From a bacterium (GTDB lineage: Bacteria; Margulisbacteria; Marinamargulisbacteria; SXXA01): a stretch of 64,000 nt of DNA. Position 1 is the first letter of the stretch. Each line of letters starts with the position of its first letter. Made by a program: the position numbers and the translations under genes. Positions 8,488-17,167 of the stretch are shown here, piece by piece. Below the pieces are notes generated by a model, which ran no database searches, had not been told where the DNA came from, and saw only the letters and a list, made by a program, of their open reading frames with translations. The stretch lies in assembly GCA_947465765.1 (NCBI GenBank), contig CANIAP010000001.1, positions 9,349-73,348 on the forward strand, in the 5' to 3' direction.

Positions 8488-10025
8488 TACCGAGCGACGC
8501 TAGATGCCCGTGTTTCGCGAATAATGGACACCCGTACTTCGCCCGGATAATCGAGGTCCGCTTCGATTTTTTTGGCCATGTCGAATGCGAGTTTTTGAAT
8601 TGCGGGGTCATCCACTTCGTCGGGTTTTACGACGACGCGGATCTCTCTTCCTGCCTGAATTGCGTAGGCTTTGTCGACGCCCTCAAAGGTATAAGCGATG
8701 CTTTCCAGTTTCTCAAGTCGCTTGACATAGGTTTCCATGGACTCTCTCCGGGCACCGGGTCGAACGGCAGAGATGGCATCTGCCATTTTGACTAGAATGG
8801 CTTCAATGGTGTCCGGATCTTCGTCTTCATGGTGGGCCATAATACAATTGATAACTTCTTCTGATTCGCCATATTTTTCGCAAATTTCTTTTCCAAGGTC
8901 ATCATGAGATCCGCCCGTTTCAAAGTCGATGGCTTTTCCGATGTCATGGAGCATCGCACCCCGTTTTGCAAGGGAGACATTTACTTTTAATTCTTCCGCC
9001 ATGATTCCCGCGATATGGGCGGCTTCGAGCGTATGTGCCAAGATGTTTTGACCATAGGAAGTGCGGTAGTGCAACTTTCCTAATAATTCAATGATTTTAG
9101 GATGGAATTGGAGTCCGATTTCGTCGGCGGCACGTTCCCCTTTTTCCCGGATAATTTCCTGAATTTCTTTTTTTGATTTTTCAACGGCTTCTTCAATTTT
9201 TGCCGGCTGAATTCTTCCGTCGGACGTGAGCTTTTGAAGGGCAAGGCGGGCGATTTCCCGGCGTATTGGGTCAAAAGAGGACAAGATAACGGCACCTGGA
9301 GTGTCGTCGATAATCACATCGACACCGGTCATGGCTTCGAATGCACGTATATTACGTCCTTCACGGCCGATAATCCGACCCTTGAGTTCGTCGTCGGGGA
9401 GTTGGACTACGGAAGTGGTTGCCGAAGTGACGTGATCAATTGCGGTGCGCTGAATGGCATCCGTCACGATTTCTTTGGCTCTCCGATTGGCTATTTTTCG
9501 GGCTTGATCCTCAATGTCCTTAATCATTCGGCCGGCCCGTTGACGGACTTCTCGTTCTACGTTGGATAACAGGATTTGCTTGGCTTCTTCAGATGAAAAT
9601 CCGGCGGCTTGTTCAAGTTTTTCTGAGAGGCTTTGAATCAAGGTCTCATGTTTTTTTTTGAGTTGCTTGGCTTTTTCGATTTCAGAGTTGAGTTGGTCTT
9701 CTTTCTCCGTAATCCGTTGGTCGCGCTGATCGAGATGTTTCTCTTTTTGCATGACCCGATTTTCAATTTGGGAAACGGCTTGGCGTCGGGTTTTGACCTC
9801 TTCGTCAAGACTGCCTCGAGATTTGGCTACTATTTCTTGAGCATCTGAATTGGCTCTGGATAAGATTCGTTGAGTGTCTTTGGCTGCTTGGTCGATGCTT
9901 TGTTTGGCCTTTGCTTCAGCGGTCTGAACGATCTGATCCGCAGATGCCTTTCGTGTTTTGTATAGAACAGCAAGTCCGCTGCCGCCCAATAGTAGGATGA
10001 CGGCAATCAAGATGAATTGGGGCAT
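8487..10025 (-). CDS. rny: Ribonuclease Y
   Basis: N-terminal TM helix, coiled-coil, a KH domain (GRIIGREGRNIRAFE) and an HD domain (HTLEAAHIAGIMAEE...LHDIGKA). 512 aa. Confidence 0.9.
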   Translation of the reverse strand: MPQFILIAVILLLGGSGLAVLYKTRKASADQIVQTAEAKAKQSIDQAAKDTQRILSRANSDAQEIVAKSRGSLDEEVKTRRQAVSQIENRVMQKEKHLDQRDQRITEKEDQLNSEIEKAKQLKKKHETLIQSLSEKLEQAAGFSSEEAKQILLSNVEREVRQRAGRMIKDIEDQARKIANRRAKEIVTDAIQRTAIDHVTSATTSVVQLPDDELKGRIIGREGRNIRAFEAMTGVDVIIDDTPGAVILSSFDPIRREIARLALQKLTSDGRIQPAKIEEAVEKSKKEIQEIIREKGERAADEIGLQFHPKIIELLGKLHYRTSYGQNILAHTLEAAHIAGIMAEELKVNVSLAKRGAMLHDIGKAIDFETGGSHDDLGKEICEKYGESEEVINCIMAHHEDEDPDTIEAILVKMADAISAVRPGARRESMETYVKRLEKLESIAYTFEGVDKAYAIQAGREIRVVVKPDEVDDPAIQKLAFDMAKKIEADLDYPGEVRVSIIRETRASSVAR

Positions 10026-10031
10026 TTTGGT

Positions 10032-11063
10032 TTACTCCTCTCGGTCGGCGTTAGGCAGCGGTGCTACCGCAACCTGAGCACGAATTTGTTCGTCTAATTT
10101 TTTGACAGTTTCGGGGTGTTGTTTTAAGAATTGTTTAGCGGATTCACGACCTTGCCCCATACGTTCGCCGTTGACGGAGAACCATGTACCACTTTTTTCG
10201 ATAAAGTTCATATTGACTGCAAGGTCCAATAGGTCGGCTTCCCGTGAGAAGCCTTTGCCAAATTCAATTTCCAACTCAGTATATTTAAAGGGTGGAGCCA
10301 CTTTGTTTTTAACAATTTTGACTTTGACCTTATTCCCTGTGATATCGACTCCTGATTTGATGGAATCCACTTTCCGGATATCAATTCGAACACTTGCGTA
10401 AAATTTGAGGGCGCGGCCACCGGGAGTAACTTCAGGATTTCCAAACATTACGCCTATTTTGTCGCGAATTTGGTTGACGAATATAACAATCGTATTTGAT
10501 TTGCTAACGATCCCAGTGAGCTTTCGAAGCGCTTGGGACATCAGTCGGGCTTGCATTCCCATCTGTGGGTCGCCCATATCCCCTTCGATTTCTGATTTCG
10601 GTACAAGTGCTGCGACAGAGTCAATAACGATAAGGTCAATAGCCCCCGAGCGGACTAATGTTTCTGCAATTTCTAAGGCTTGTTCACCGTAATCTGGTTG
10701 AGAGATGAATAGGCTGTCTAAATTGACGCCCAGTTGTTCCGCGTATGTTGGATTTAGTGCGTGCTCTGTATCAATAAATGCGCAGACTCCCCCTAGTTTT
10801 TGGGCTTCGGCTACGGCATGAAGGGTGAGCGTGGTTTTTCCGGCGGACTCGGGGCCAAATACCTCGATAATCCGACCGCGTGGGTAGCCGCCGCATCCCA
10901 GGGCTAAGTCCAGCGACAATGCGCCGGATGAAATGGTGGACAGGGCCAATTTAGGGGAGTCCCCTAATTTCATAATGGCACCTTTGCCGTGTGCTTTTTC
11001 AATTTGAGCAATGGCAAAACTAAGGGCTTTTGTTTTATTTTCGTCCATATTAATAACCTCCAA
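10032..11063 (-). CDS. recA: Recombinase RecA
   Basis: [20 protein letters not shown] (Walker A) and the L1/L2 loops are fully conserved across 343 aa. Confidence 0.95.
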   Translation of the reverse strand: MEVINMDENKTKALSFAIAQIEKAHGKGAIMKLGDSPKLALSTISSGALSLDLALGCGGYPRGRIIEVFGPESAGKTTLTLHAVAEAQKLGGVCAFIDTEHALNPTYAEQLGVNLDSLFISQPDYGEQALEIAETLVRSGAIDLIVIDSVAALVPKSEIEGDMGDPQMGMQARLMSQALRKLTGIVSKSNTIVIFVNQIRDKIGVMFGNPEVTPGGRALKFYASVRIDIRKVDSIKSGVDITGNKVKVKIVKNKVAPPFKYTELEIEFGKGFSREADLLDLAVNMNFIEKSGTWFSVNGERMGQGRESAKQFLKQHPETVKKLDEQIRAQVAVAPLPNADREE

Positions 11064-11114
11064 GAACAGAAGATGGTCCAGTCGTAGTGCGGGGGATAGT
11101 GTTTAATTCTCTAT

Positions 11115-11669
11115 CTACGACGGGAGTAGGGCTGCAGCGGGTTGTTGCGTTAACCAATTTCTGAGGTAACCTAGTGCTGCATACACAGTTTGGGTTCGGA
11201 TTTGGGTTCGATTTCCAGAAAATTGAAATCGTTTAACCTTTATATCTCCACAGAATAGAAAACCAATAAATACGGTACCGACATCCACCTTCGAAATATC
11301 GTCTCCATTGGGACCGGCGATACCTGTGGTAGATAGAGCAATACGACTTCCGGTGAGCTGAGAGACGCCCTCTGCCATCTCTCTTGCGACGGCTTCGCTA
11401 ACGATGCCGTGTTCCCGAATTGTCGCAGGTTTTACAGAACATAACTTAACTTTCAACAGTGGGGAATAACAGATTACTCCCCCAATAAAATAGCTTGAAC
11501 TTCCAGGTAATTGGCTCAATCGGGAACCAATTAATCCCCCCGTTAACGATTCCGCAACGGATACCGTCAATTGGGTTTGGCGAAGGAGACGGGCCACGTC
11601 CGAAATTACTCGCCGGTCCAGGTCAAGACTTGCGTCGTCTAGCGCCTGTTGGAATTGTAAAGCGGACAC
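11115..11669 (-). CDS. CinA C-terminal-domain protein (PncC-like NMN deamidase domain only)
   Basis: LTVSVAESLTGGLIGSRLSQLPGSSSYFIGGVICYS is the CinA C-terminal domain signature. Only 184 aa, with no MocF-like N-terminal domain. Confidence 0.75.
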   Translation of the reverse strand: MSALQFQQALDDASLDLDRRVISDVARLLRQTQLTVSVAESLTGGLIGSRLSQLPGSSSYFIGGVICYSPLLKVKLCSVKPATIREHGIVSEAVAREMAEGVSQLTGSRIALSTTGIAGPNGDDISKVDVGTVFIGFLFCGDIKVKRFQFSGNRTQIRTQTVYAALGYLRNWLTQQPAAALLPS

Positions 11670-11683
11670 AGCCCTAATCTACA

Positions 11684-12868
11684 CTATTTTGCTGATGCTG
11701 TACCAGTGATTTCTTTGCTCGCTCTCGCTAAGGTTTCTGCCATGTTGATTTTTTCCCATGGTAAATCCAAGTCATTTCGTCCGAAGTGGCCGTATGCTGC
11801 GGTATTTTTGTAAATCGGACGTTGGAGGTCCAGTTTTTTGACGATACCAGAAGGGGTAAGATCAAAGTGATCGCGGATCAGCCTAACAATTTGTTCTTCG
11901 GGGATCTGAGATGTCCCTCGGGTTTTTGCCAATACCGAAATGGGAGTGGCGACTCCGATTGCATATGCTAACTGAATTTCGACATCCTCGGCGATTCCTG
12001 ACGCGACGATATTTTTTGCGATATATCTGGCCATATACGCGCCGGATCGGTCTACCTTGGTATAGTCTTTTCCGGAGAATGCGCCGCCGCCATGTGAGGC
12101 CCAGCCGCCGTAGGTATCCACGATAATTTTGCGTCCTGTGAGCCCGGTATCACCGTGGGGACCTCCGATTACAAATCGGCCAGTGGGGTTAATGAAGTAT
12201 CGGGTATTGCTGTCCAATAGATGGCTTGGAATCTCAGCACGAATGACATGTTCATGAACATCTCGTGTGATTTGCTCTAGGGAAACATCGGGGTCATGTT
12301 GAGTAGAAATAACCACTGCATCCACCCGTTTTGGGACGCGCCCTTCGAATTCCACGGTGACCTGGGCTTTCGCGTCGGGTCGAAGGTAGGTGAGTCCAGA
12401 GGTTTTTCTGAGGATTGCCAACCGGTGAACTAATTTGTGTGACAGATAAATCGGCAGGGGCATGTAGTCGGTTGTTTGTTTACACGCGTATCCAAACATC
12501 ATCCCTTGGTCTCCCGCGCCGAGTTCTTTGTGAAGGCCTTCACCTTCGTTGACGCCTTGTGCAATGTCGGGGGATTGACCATGGACGGTGGTGAGGACTG
12601 CGCAGCTATCGGCGTCGAGTCCATATTCTGGATGGGTGTAACCGATGTCTCTTGCGGTGTCTCGGGCGATTTTTTGAAAATCAAGAGTCGCTTTGCTCGT
12701 AATTTCTCCGCCGATTAAGATAAGTCCGGTCGTTGTAAAAACCTCTGCGGCCACTCGGCTGTTGGGGTCAATCGTTAATGCGGCATCGAGAATCGCGTCA
12801 GAAATTTGGTCACAGATTTTGTCTGGATGTCCTTCGGATACGGATTCGGAACTAAAAAAATAGGTCAT
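11684..12868 (-). CDS. metK: S-adenosylmethionine synthetase
   Basis: [38 protein letters not shown] and the remaining MetK signatures. AAGGAG RBS 8 nt upstream. Confidence 0.95.
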   Translation of the reverse strand: MTYFFSSESVSEGHPDKICDQISDAILDAALTIDPNSRVAAEVFTTTGLILIGGEITSKATLDFQKIARDTARDIGYTHPEYGLDADSCAVLTTVHGQSPDIAQGVNEGEGLHKELGAGDQGMMFGYACKQTTDYMPLPIYLSHKLVHRLAILRKTSGLTYLRPDAKAQVTVEFEGRVPKRVDAVVISTQHDPDVSLEQITRDVHEHVIRAEIPSHLLDSNTRYFINPTGRFVIGGPHGDTGLTGRKIIVDTYGGWASHGGGAFSGKDYTKVDRSGAYMARYIAKNIVASGIAEDVEIQLAYAIGVATPISVLAKTRGTSQIPEEQIVRLIRDHFDLTPSGIVKKLDLQRPIYKNTAAYGHFGRNDLDLPWEKINMAETLARASKEITGTASAK

Positions 12869-12883
12869 CAGGATCTCCTTGAT

Positions 12884-12973
12884 TGAATGGGTTTAGTGAT
12901 ATTAATGGGTCGAACGACTATAGCGTACTAATTGACTTCATTACGTGCAAATGCTCAATCCTGAATGGGTTTA
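12884..12973. promoter_or_regulatory. Two copies of a 12-bp direct repeat TGAATGGGTTTA (12884-12895 and 12962-12973) plus a partial third (TAATGGGT, 12903-12910), bracketing the probable metK promoter
   Basis: Read directly. A TATAGT -10-like hexamer lies between them on the minus strand. Confidence 0.35.
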
Positions 12974-13903
12974 CCCTGATCCTTTGGCTTGAAGGGTCAG
13001 CTTTAACGCGAGTACGCCGTCTGATCCAGATACTGCGATAGGTGATCCGAACTGAATTGCGGATACAAATGAGGCGAGTTCTAACGTCAACGGCAGTATT
13101 GGCGTGATGGGTTGGCTATGTAGCTCGGGTTGAGATGGGTCAGTTGGAAAAAAATCGGCGGATTGTTTGATGAAATCGAGTTCTACAAGGCCGTTGTAAA
13201 AATAGGCGGTAAGACGTCGACGTTTGATTGGGGAATTCCATCCCACCGAAACTGCTGCAATGGCATTCTCATATTGCAATGCCAGAATGGCGGAATCTGC
13301 CCGATCTAAAAGGCGGGCGGATGTAAATGTCCCCGTTATTTTTTGGGGTGGAGTTCCAATAATTCCCGTCAAAATATCAAGGTCATGAACCGCTAAGTCG
13401 ATCATGACGTCAGCGTCCAGAATTTGGGTCGGCATGGGGCTTACTCGTTCAGTCGAAAGTGAAATGGGGGCCCCTAAAAGCCCGTCATTTTTCCATTGCA
13501 TCACTGTCGTGACGGCAGGGTTGAATCGTTCAATATGACCCACTTGTAGTATGCAGTTATTGCGGACAGCGATGTCGATTAACTGATTCCCTTCCTCGAT
13601 CGATGTCGCGATTGGTTTTTCGATGAGTACGTGAAGACCTCGATTTAGGCAGTGTTTTGCGTGATCAAAATGAAGGTGGGTCGGTGATGTAATAGAGACA
13701 GCGTCAACGATATCGGCATCGAGCATGGCTGCAATAGTTTCAAATCCCCGTAGGGTCGATGAGGTATATTGGGCAAGGCGATCGGCATGAATGTCAACGA
13801 CCGCCGTCAATTGCGCCCCATCAATTTCCTGCCAGTGTTTGACATGGTATTTTCCCATGTTTCCAAGTCCGATTACGCCGACTCGTAGTGGTGATATTGT
13901 CAT
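12971..13903 (-). CDS. Gfo/Idh/MocA-family NAD(P)-dependent oxidoreductase
   Basis: N-terminal Rossmann VGVIGLGNMGKYH and the EKP motif (VLIEKPIA). Confidence 0.7.
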   Translation of the reverse strand: MTISPLRVGVIGLGNMGKYHVKHWQEIDGAQLTAVVDIHADRLAQYTSSTLRGFETIAAMLDADIVDAVSITSPTHLHFDHAKHCLNRGLHVLIEKPIATSIEEGNQLIDIAVRNNCILQVGHIERFNPAVTTVMQWKNDGLLGAPISLSTERVSPMPTQILDADVMIDLAVHDLDILTGIIGTPPQKITGTFTSARLLDRADSAILALQYENAIAAVSVGWNSPIKRRRLTAYFYNGLVELDFIKQSADFFPTDPSQPELHSQPITPILPLTLELASFVSAIQFGSPIAVSGSDGVLALKLTLQAKGSG

Positions 13904-13924
13904 TGTTAATTGATTGTACCGAAG

Positions 13925-14437
13925 CTAATTAATAGAGAATAGCTTGGAAAATCGGCCTTTCTCTTGTGGGTCAGCTAGAAATTCAGATAAAAATTGCCCT
14001 TCGATATTATTGGGGTCCATTTCAAGGAGCGAGGTGTATTCCTCCATTGCCTCGTCGTCTCGGCCTAACTTGAGGTAAACCCGTGCGAGGTTGAGATATG
14101 GGAAATGGCGCACGTCGTAATTTTTCGCCTCTTTGGCTTTGATTAGCCAGGGAATGGCGTCTTCTAATCGGCCCAATTCGATGAGATATGACCCGATATC
14201 GTTGTAGGCGTTTCCAAATTCACTATCTAATTCAACGGCACGCTTACAAAGAGAGATGCATTCTTCTAATTCATTTTTGTAGCTGAGCATCCATGCCCAG
14301 TAGGTATATCCTTCAGGGGTAGGAAATAGGTCGACCGATGCTTTGAACTTGTCGAGGGCTTCGGATGTTTTTCCGTCTACAACTAATGCCTGGCCCTCAT
14401 GAATGAGCTCGATGGCGCGTTGCTTGTCATCGCTCAT
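13925..14437 (-). CDS. TPR-repeat protein
   Basis: Repeated W-LG-Y...A...F...A..P spacing over 170 aa. Function unknown. Confidence 0.55.
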   Translation of the reverse strand: MSDDKQRAIELIHEGQALVVDGKTSEALDKFKASVDLFPTPEGYTYWAWMLSYKNELEECISLCKRAVELDSEFGNAYNDIGSYLIELGRLEDAIPWLIKAKEAKNYDVRHFPYLNLARVYLKLGRDDEAMEEYTSLLEMDPNNIEGQFLSEFLADPQEKGRFSKLFSIN

Positions 14438-15519
14438 TATCCATTTTCCATTGGTTTGAATGTCAGTCTTTCGGACAGATAATCTTGATAGATGCGATTC
14501 ACTATTCCGGCAACTGGAACCGCTATGAGTAGTCCAACGAGGCCTAGCATATTACCCCCAATGATCAATGCAATCAGTGTGAGGAGTGGGTCAAGGCCCA
14601 CGGTGTGTCCTACGATCTTGGGGGTCAAAATAAGGCTTTCGATCATTTGCGCCACGACAAATACGGCGATGACGCTTAAGATGTTGACGGCAGTTCCACC
14701 TGAGGTAATGACCGTAAATACGCCCATGGTCACCCCTGCCGCAAATCCCAAATAGGGGACCAGATTAAAAAATCCTGCGGCATATCCGATGAGTATCGGA
14801 TAGGGAATTCCTACTGACCATAGGCCTGCGGAATACAGTGTTCCCAGAGAAACACAAACCATAAGCTGGCCACGGATATAGCCGCCCATGACTCGGTCCG
14901 ATACGGATAGAAAATATGCGAACGAATTTTGGTATTGCGGCGGAATAATCCGACTGAGTTTCTTGGGGAGTAAGTGGATTTTTGCTAACCCGTAGTAGAA
15001 AAAGATAGGGAAAAGTGAAATGTTCGCCAGAGACAGTACGGTGGATGTGATTCGGCTTGCAAATACCCCGACGGACGAAGTGAGTGATCCAACCAATCCG
15101 TCCATGTAGTCTTTCCCCATATGTTGAAGGACCGGTAATAGATTGTACTTCCATACAATGCTACCCATCCCGTTTTTGGTGAGGAAGTTCATGAGTTGAT
15201 AATAAAATCGAATGAGATATCGAGGGCCATGTTCAGCGAAGTGGAATAGTTCCATTGCAATGTTGGGAAGTAGCGATACTGAGACGAGGATCAGAATCGA
15301 AATTGTACTGACGTAAACGATCCACACGGCCAGCCATCTCGGTAGTTTGCAACGGAGTAAGAGGCGGGTTATCGGGCTCAGGAGGTAGGCCAATCCAAAC
15401 CCAGTGAGGAGGGGGTAGAGCGCGTTGTCGATGGCGACCATGGACCCGATGATAATTCCCCACATAACAATGGGGACGGAGTATCGTGCAATAAACGGAA
15501 TGGTCCGGCTATTGGGCAT
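14437..15519 (-). CDS. AI-2E family transporter (UPF0118/PerM-like)
   Basis: 8 TM segments with AI-2E-type topology and conserved loops. The start is uncertain (Met at 15555, 15519 or 15465). Confidence 0.65.
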   Translation of the reverse strand: MPNSRTIPFIARYSVPIVMWGIIIGSMVAIDNALYPLLTGFGLAYLLSPITRLLLRCKLPRWLAVWIVYVSTISILILVSVSLLPNIAMELFHFAEHGPRYLIRFYYQLMNFLTKNGMGSIVWKYNLLPVLQHMGKDYMDGLVGSLTSSVGVFASRITSTVLSLANISLFPIFFYYGLAKIHLLPKKLSRIIPPQYQNSFAYFLSVSDRVMGGYIRGQLMVCVSLGTLYSAGLWSVGIPYPILIGYAAGFFNLVPYLGFAAGVTMGVFTVITSGGTAVNILSVIAVFVVAQMIESLILTPKIVGHTVGLDPLLTLIALIIGGNMLGLVGLLIAVPVAGIVNRIYQDYLSERLTFKPMENG

Positions 15520-16813
15520 TGGCGGTTCCCGTGGCATTAGTCGATGGTGGGTCACTCAAATAAGCGGCACGAGTATATTGATTTCGTGGGTCCCAGATTT
15601 GCCAACCGACCAATTTCGAATCGTAAGTGGCTTTGATCTGAGCGCGAACTTTTGCGGCATCGTAGGGTGCGCCGAGGTTGAAATCTTGAAGCCAAGGTCT
15701 TAATTTTTTTGGGTCCTGGCCCATTGCCGTGAGTCTTGCTGCTCCGTGTGTCATCGCGTAATGAACGATTTCATACGGATGCAACGCTGGGTTGGCGTAG
15801 CCATTAAACTGAGGGGGGTAATGAGACGGGTATACCATCGGGCAGATGTAATCAAAATAGGGGGCCGCGCTTTCGAGGTATTGTCCAATATTGAGGTCAT
15901 CCTGCGCGGTCATGGTCATGCCAAATAGATCCGCTGACAGGGGGATTCCCAGTGGTTTGAGGTGGCTATGTAAATAGGCAAAAAACTCGGTGATTATCGC
16001 TTCTTTGGCCGTTTTTATATGGACGAGAGTTCGGGATGAGGTTGGAATGGCTGAATTTGCAGATGGGGTGATTGAGGTGGCCAGTGTTCCTTGGGCCAGT
16101 CGGGGACCCGAGATAGGGAATACGGTGTCTTTCATGTTTCCGTCGGTGGGAAACCGAATGTAATCAAAGTTGAGTTCGTCAAATCCTGCGTAAGCCGCTG
16201 CGGTGCCCACTCTAACAATATAATCCCAGAACGCATGGGATCCAGGATCTACATAGCTCAATCCATTGCGGTCCTTCCATGTTAAACCGGCCCGTGTTTG
16301 AACGGCTTGGGCGGGGAACAGTTTGGCATAAACGGGATCCTGAAATACGGTAATTCTGGCGATAACGTAAATACCCTTTTGGTGGGCCACTTGGATGAAT
16401 TCTCTAAGGTCTTTGTTTCGAACTTCTTCGACGCCCATTTCGCGTAATTTGGGGTCGCCCGTCTCAAATGAAATCGAGCCCGAGTAGTCTTTGATATCAA
16501 TGACGAGTGCGTTGACCTCGGATTGATCGATAAACTCAAGTAGCCGTTGACGCCACGGTTTAACCGATGCGACCCAGCTGGTCATATAAATCGCCTTCAC
16601 CGCAGCAGGGGGCGTGATGTGGAGCGGTTGTTGAGGCTCGGTGACCGATGTGGCATTGGCGGTCACATTTTGTGCCGGTGTTTTCTGGTGACGGAGTGCG
16701 AGGGATACGGGTGAATGGATCACGAGAAACGAAATTCCGAGGACCCCTAAAAATAAAATTGGAGCGGTCACAATAATTAATCGGTAACGTTGGATAATGG
16801 TTTGCTTGGTCAT
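15509..16813 (-). CDS. Membrane-anchored putative glycoside hydrolase-like TIM-barrel protein (DUF4015/GHL-type)
   Basis: N-terminal TM anchor, then a domain with the YVIARITVFQD...YVDPG...FDELNFDYIRFP pattern seen in GH-like (GHL) families. Family-level call only. Confidence 0.45.
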   Translation of the reverse strand: MTKQTIIQRYRLIIVTAPILFLGVLGISFLVIHSPVSLALRHQKTPAQNVTANATSVTEPQQPLHITPPAAVKAIYMTSWVASVKPWRQRLLEFIDQSEVNALVIDIKDYSGSISFETGDPKLREMGVEEVRNKDLREFIQVAHQKGIYVIARITVFQDPVYAKLFPAQAVQTRAGLTWKDRNGLSYVDPGSHAFWDYIVRVGTAAAYAGFDELNFDYIRFPTDGNMKDTVFPISGPRLAQGTLATSITPSANSAIPTSSRTLVHIKTAKEAIITEFFAYLHSHLKPLGIPLSADLFGMTMTAQDDLNIGQYLESAAPYFDYICPMVYPSHYPPQFNGYANPALHPYEIVHYAMTHGAARLTAMGQDPKKLRPWLQDFNLGAPYDAAKVRAQIKATYDSKLVGWQIWDPRNQYTRAAYLSDPPSTNATGTANAQ

Positions 16814-17121
16814 AACTGCCCTTTTCTACAATAAAGTGGGGCAATAATATAATATTTTGGCTTACTTTGCATTGGGCGGGGACAGATAGGTTTTAAATGG
16901 GGATCATCGGGGAAATCTATCACTTTATGATAGTGGCGTTTTAATCGGTGAAGAGGTGTAGGCATGGGACAAGAATTGCAAAAGTTTGATGGGGTCATTG
17001 TATTAGATGGAAAATTTTTTCTGCGTCCTTATTTAATTAAATCCAAAACAGAATTTGTTAACCAGACGCTACAAGGACTCTTTGAGTTCGTCAGTTTTAA
17101 TTAGGATCAGACAGATTTCCC

Positions 17122-17151
17122 CCGATCCCCATTTTTGAAAGTGGGGATCGG
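17122..17151 (-). terminator. GC-rich hairpin (10-bp perfect stem CCGATCCCCA/TGGGGATCGG, 10-nt loop) 17 nt 3' of the GDH stop codon; no U-tract
   Basis: Read directly from the sequence. It is flanked by C5 and a GCGAGGGGG x2 direct repeat that could extend the stem. Confidence 0.3.
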
Positions 17152-17167
17152 CGAGGGGGCGAGGGGG

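Noticed and set aside
16964-17104. Unlisted 46-aa ORF (MGQELQKFDGVIVLDGKFF...) with an AAGAGG RBS in the AT-rich spacer between the GH-like gene and GDH
   Set aside because: No recognisable motif, and too short to support. It could be a real small protein, but I cannot distinguish it from chance.
17122-17151. Hairpin as a canonical Rho-independent terminator for GDH
   Set aside because: No U/T-tract follows the stem on either strand. I kept it only as a low-confidence structured 3' element.
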